Shown one piece after another: positions 61,450-64,000 of a DNA stretch of 64,000 nt. How positions within the stretch are numbered: position 1 is the stretch's first letter; each line of letters opens with the position of its first letter. This stretch comes from Eukaryota sp. TZLM1-RC (lineage: Eukaryota; Protista; Metamonada: BaSk clade). Both the position numbers and the translations under genes were made by a program. The stretch lies in NCBI GenBank assembly GCA_040285825.1, contig JAUPSS010000011.1, positions 124,001-188,000 on the forward strand. The letters run 5' to 3'. The notes under the pieces are model-generated. The model worked only from the letters and a program-made list of their open reading frames with translations. It made no database searches and was not told where the DNA came from.

Positions 61450-62060
61450 CCAAGAACAACTAACAATTCTAGAAAAGAACATAAGAAGATAGAATTGTCA
61501 TTTGATGAATTGCAAGCACAATTAAGCGAATCTTCGTCAAAATGAACGACGTTTTCATCCTTCTATATGTAATGTAGGATTGTTAAGGATTGGGTCATTA
61601 AAATTATGTCACATTCAAAAATGCAAAGATTCGTCTATAGTAGAAAGTTGGAATCTCGACTGGTGAATACACTCATCAAGACTTATGGTGCGCCTGAAGA
61701 TAAAGCCATTTTTGCATAAGATAATGGAAGAAAAACAAAGTTTGAAACATCACTGCAGTACGCAAGTGTTGACTGGCGTCCATTCTTCAAGAGGTTTGTA
61801 TACATTGTATTACTTTCAAATGTAGAGCAAGCATCCTCAATATGTTCAAATTGTCAAGACAAATATCCACGTTCCTGGTGATACAAAATCCAAGACCGTG
61901 GAAAAATGATGAAAAGAATTGTTGGGGGTTATTAACAAGTTAGTCTTTACTTTTTCTAAGCGGTAGAGATGGAAAACCACGTTTTTCCAACAGGATTTAC
62001 ATTGTATGTATTAACCTTGGGAAAATAGTTGATGATGTATTGAAAGGAGGGGAGATCAGA
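61450..62060 (+). pseudogene. Degraded Fanzor C-terminal remnant (locus Fz-D), not shown in the ORF track
   Basis: Manual translation: LESRLVNTLIKTYGAPED..FFKRFVYIVLLSNVEQASSICSNC / TFLVIQNPRPWK..CWGLL..RFSNRIYIVCINLGKIV..VLKGGE, parallel to the Fz-A C-terminus. Confidence 0.65.
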
Positions 62061-62186
62061 TTAATGTATAGCTATAAATATAATGTAAGAATACAATATT
62101 GTCAATTTAGTCTCTCGTCCAAAAGGAAAAAGGTGTCTGCCTTGAGTGATCCTATCCTATATCATCTCAGCTTGTGGTCTTAGCAC

Positions 62187-63188
62187 ATGTCCATCTCTTC
62201 CTCTACGAAACTTCCTTGGATAGAAAAGTACCGTCCAAAAACATTAGATGATGTCATTGCTCATACAGACATTCTTTCAACACTCAAACATCTACTATCA
62301 CAGAATCGTCTACCACATCTTCTTTTCTACGGGCCTCCAGGTACGGGCAAGACATCAACCATTCTAGCCATTGCAAAAGACATGTACAAGGAGAATTTCT
62401 CTCGAATGACTCTGGAACTCAATGCTTCTGACGAGAGGGGCATAGACGTCGTACGTGAACGTATTAAAGACTTTGCCGCAACAGGGGTTCTGTTTTCAAA
62501 AGGATATAAGCTCATTATACTTGACGAAGCTGATCAAATGACCAATGCTGCTCAGTCTGCTCTTCGTAGAATTATAGAAAAGTACACCAATAACGCACGG
62601 TTTTGTCTTATTTGCAATAATGTTAATAAAATCATTCCTGCAATCCAATCACGTTGTACACGTTTCCGTTTTGGTCCACTTCCGATCGACTCGGTTAGAA
62701 ACTGTTTGGATTCCATTATTGAAAAAGAAAACATCAAGGCAGATGTAGCTGGTAAAGATGCCCTTCTCACACTTTCCAATGGTGATATGCGAAGAGTCTT
62801 GAATATTCTTCACTCTACCTACTTGACTTTTAAGGAAGTCACGTCAGCCAATGTGTATGCAACTACTGGACAGCCGAGTCCTTACTTAGTCAAACGAATT
62901 GTATCTGTTTTGTTGGAAAAAGATTTAAGTGAAATTGTAAATGAAATCAATAATTGTAGGCTAGAAAAAGGAATCTCTTTGTTGGACTTGGTTTATAGCA
63001 TTCATGATTCTGTTGTTGACCAAGATTGGCCTGTTAAAGTGAAATCAATGCTGTTATTAGAATTGGGCAAATTAGAAGAAAGGTTAAATCATGGTGCTGG
63101 AGAAGGGGTGCAAACAGCCGCTTTGGCTGGGGTGTTTATCATAGCAAGAGAGTTGGTGAGTAGTGAAATGGACAAGATGGAGAGTTGA
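62187..63188 (+). CDS. RFC5: Replication factor C small subunit (human RFC5 / yeast Rfc3 type)
   Basis: PWIEKYRP, GPPGTGKT, LELNASDERG, LDEAD, SRC motifs. Confidence 0.9.
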   Translation: MSISSSTKLPWIEKYRPKTLDDVIAHTDILSTLKHLLSQNRLPHLLFYGPPGTGKTSTILAIAKDMYKENFSRMTLELNASDERGIDVVRERIKDFAATGVLFSKGYKLIILDEADQMTNAAQSALRRIIEKYTNNARFCLICNNVNKIIPAIQSRCTRFRFGPLPIDSVRNCLDSIIEKENIKADVAGKDALLTLSNGDMRRVLNILHSTYLTFKEVTSANVYATTGQPSPYLVKRIVSVLLEKDLSEIVNEINNCRLEKGISLLDLVYSIHDSVVDQDWPVKVKSMLLLELGKLEERLNHGAGEGVQTAALAGVFIIARELVSSEMDKMES

Positions 63189-63754
63189 TTCAATAAATTT
63201 TATTTATCCTTTCACTAATGATTCAGTATTAAATTACACCAAAAGAACACTTCCTACTGTATTATTGTATTGTGTTTTGTGATTCTTTGATGAGGCAATA
63301 AGCACAAGGTGGTTTGAGAGGTAAATCTAGGGTCAAGAGAATAGGTTTGTGGGCTGAGCAATTGTGATGTTCTCCTTTATTCTCTTTCATTTCGACCAAA
63401 AAACTTAAAAGGAAAAACTTAATGCTCGTGCTGGTTTAGTAATAGTGAAGCTTGTCTGGAAGATATTGAATTCTAGATAGATTTTTCTTATCTCAATAAA
63501 TATTGATAGTAAAAAAAATTTCGACCATTAGAGGCCAATCTCTTTTTGTTACACATACTAAATTTTCGAAGATTACCCAAACTTCACAAGTGCAATATTT
63601 GTATCAATTGAAAAAACAAAACAAAGCATATTTTCGCTCTATACGCCAAGTACTTGACCAGTTGAACCTTTTTGTGTGATGAATGTTTAAATAACTTTAA
63701 TATGAATATAAATGTTAACTATTGATCAAACTTTGTGTATAACAACTGAATCCA

Positions 63755-64000
63755 ATGGACCTCTCTACTCTAAATTTTGCTCCTCAAACTCTCGAGGCAC
63801 TGTCCAATGCTGGTTTCAAAAATTCGTCTGACCTTCTTGGTGTGTCTATCATTGACCTTATAAAGAAGACAAGTTTAGATGAAAATGAAGCCCTCACTGT
63901 TGTACATTCAATACGTCCTTTTCATGATTCATCAACTACTTTTCGTGGCATTTCTGCTCTGGAACTTCTTTCTACTTCCTCTCCTAACCCCGTTATTTCA
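63755..64000 (+). CDS. RAD51 paralog (RAD51C/B-like), 3'-partial
   Basis: L..AGF....DL......L.K...L...EA helix-hairpin N-terminus followed by SALELL. Confidence 0.6.
   Translation, partial: MDLSTLNFAPQTLEALSNAGFKNSSDLLGVSIIDLIKKTSLDENEALTVVHSIRPFHDSSTTFRGISALELLSTSSPNPVIS

Overview
AT-rich eukaryotic (protist-type) genomic DNA with compact genes and very short (26-32 nt) GT-AG introns; the organism cannot be identified from the sequence alone. Host genes include an FG-GAP-like membrane protein, a calmodulin-like protein, CHMP2/VPS2, two identical cathepsin B copies, a broken TBC1D19, a Rheb-like GTPase, Yip1, a G-patch protein, a HAD phosphatase, an MLH3-like protein, a BTB protein, a tail-less RPLP0, a C2 protein, tRNA-Pro, an RFC small subunit and the start of a RAD51 paralog. 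Mobile DNA is dense: many 5'-truncated RLE-type (CRE-like) non-LTR retrotransposons, a chromodomain Ty3/Gypsy element with 79-bp LTRs, a gag-only mini-LTR element, hAT and IS630/Tc1 remnants, and a bacterial-like type IIG R-M fragment. The main result is four Fanzor (eukaryotic TnpB-like RNA-guided nuclease) loci, each just upstream of and co-oriented with a host gene. Two related loci (19.5-21.6 kb, near-intact with an N-terminal zinc knuckle; 24.2-26.75 kb, decayed) are followed by candidate omega-RNAs. These share a 27-nt 3' motif and a covarying pseudoknot but differ about 4- to 5-fold in size (~110 nt versus ~480-530 nt). A separate orphan ~360-nt structured RNA candidate lies at 32.5-32.85 kb. 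All protein family calls and RNA folds were made by eye and need computational confirmation.
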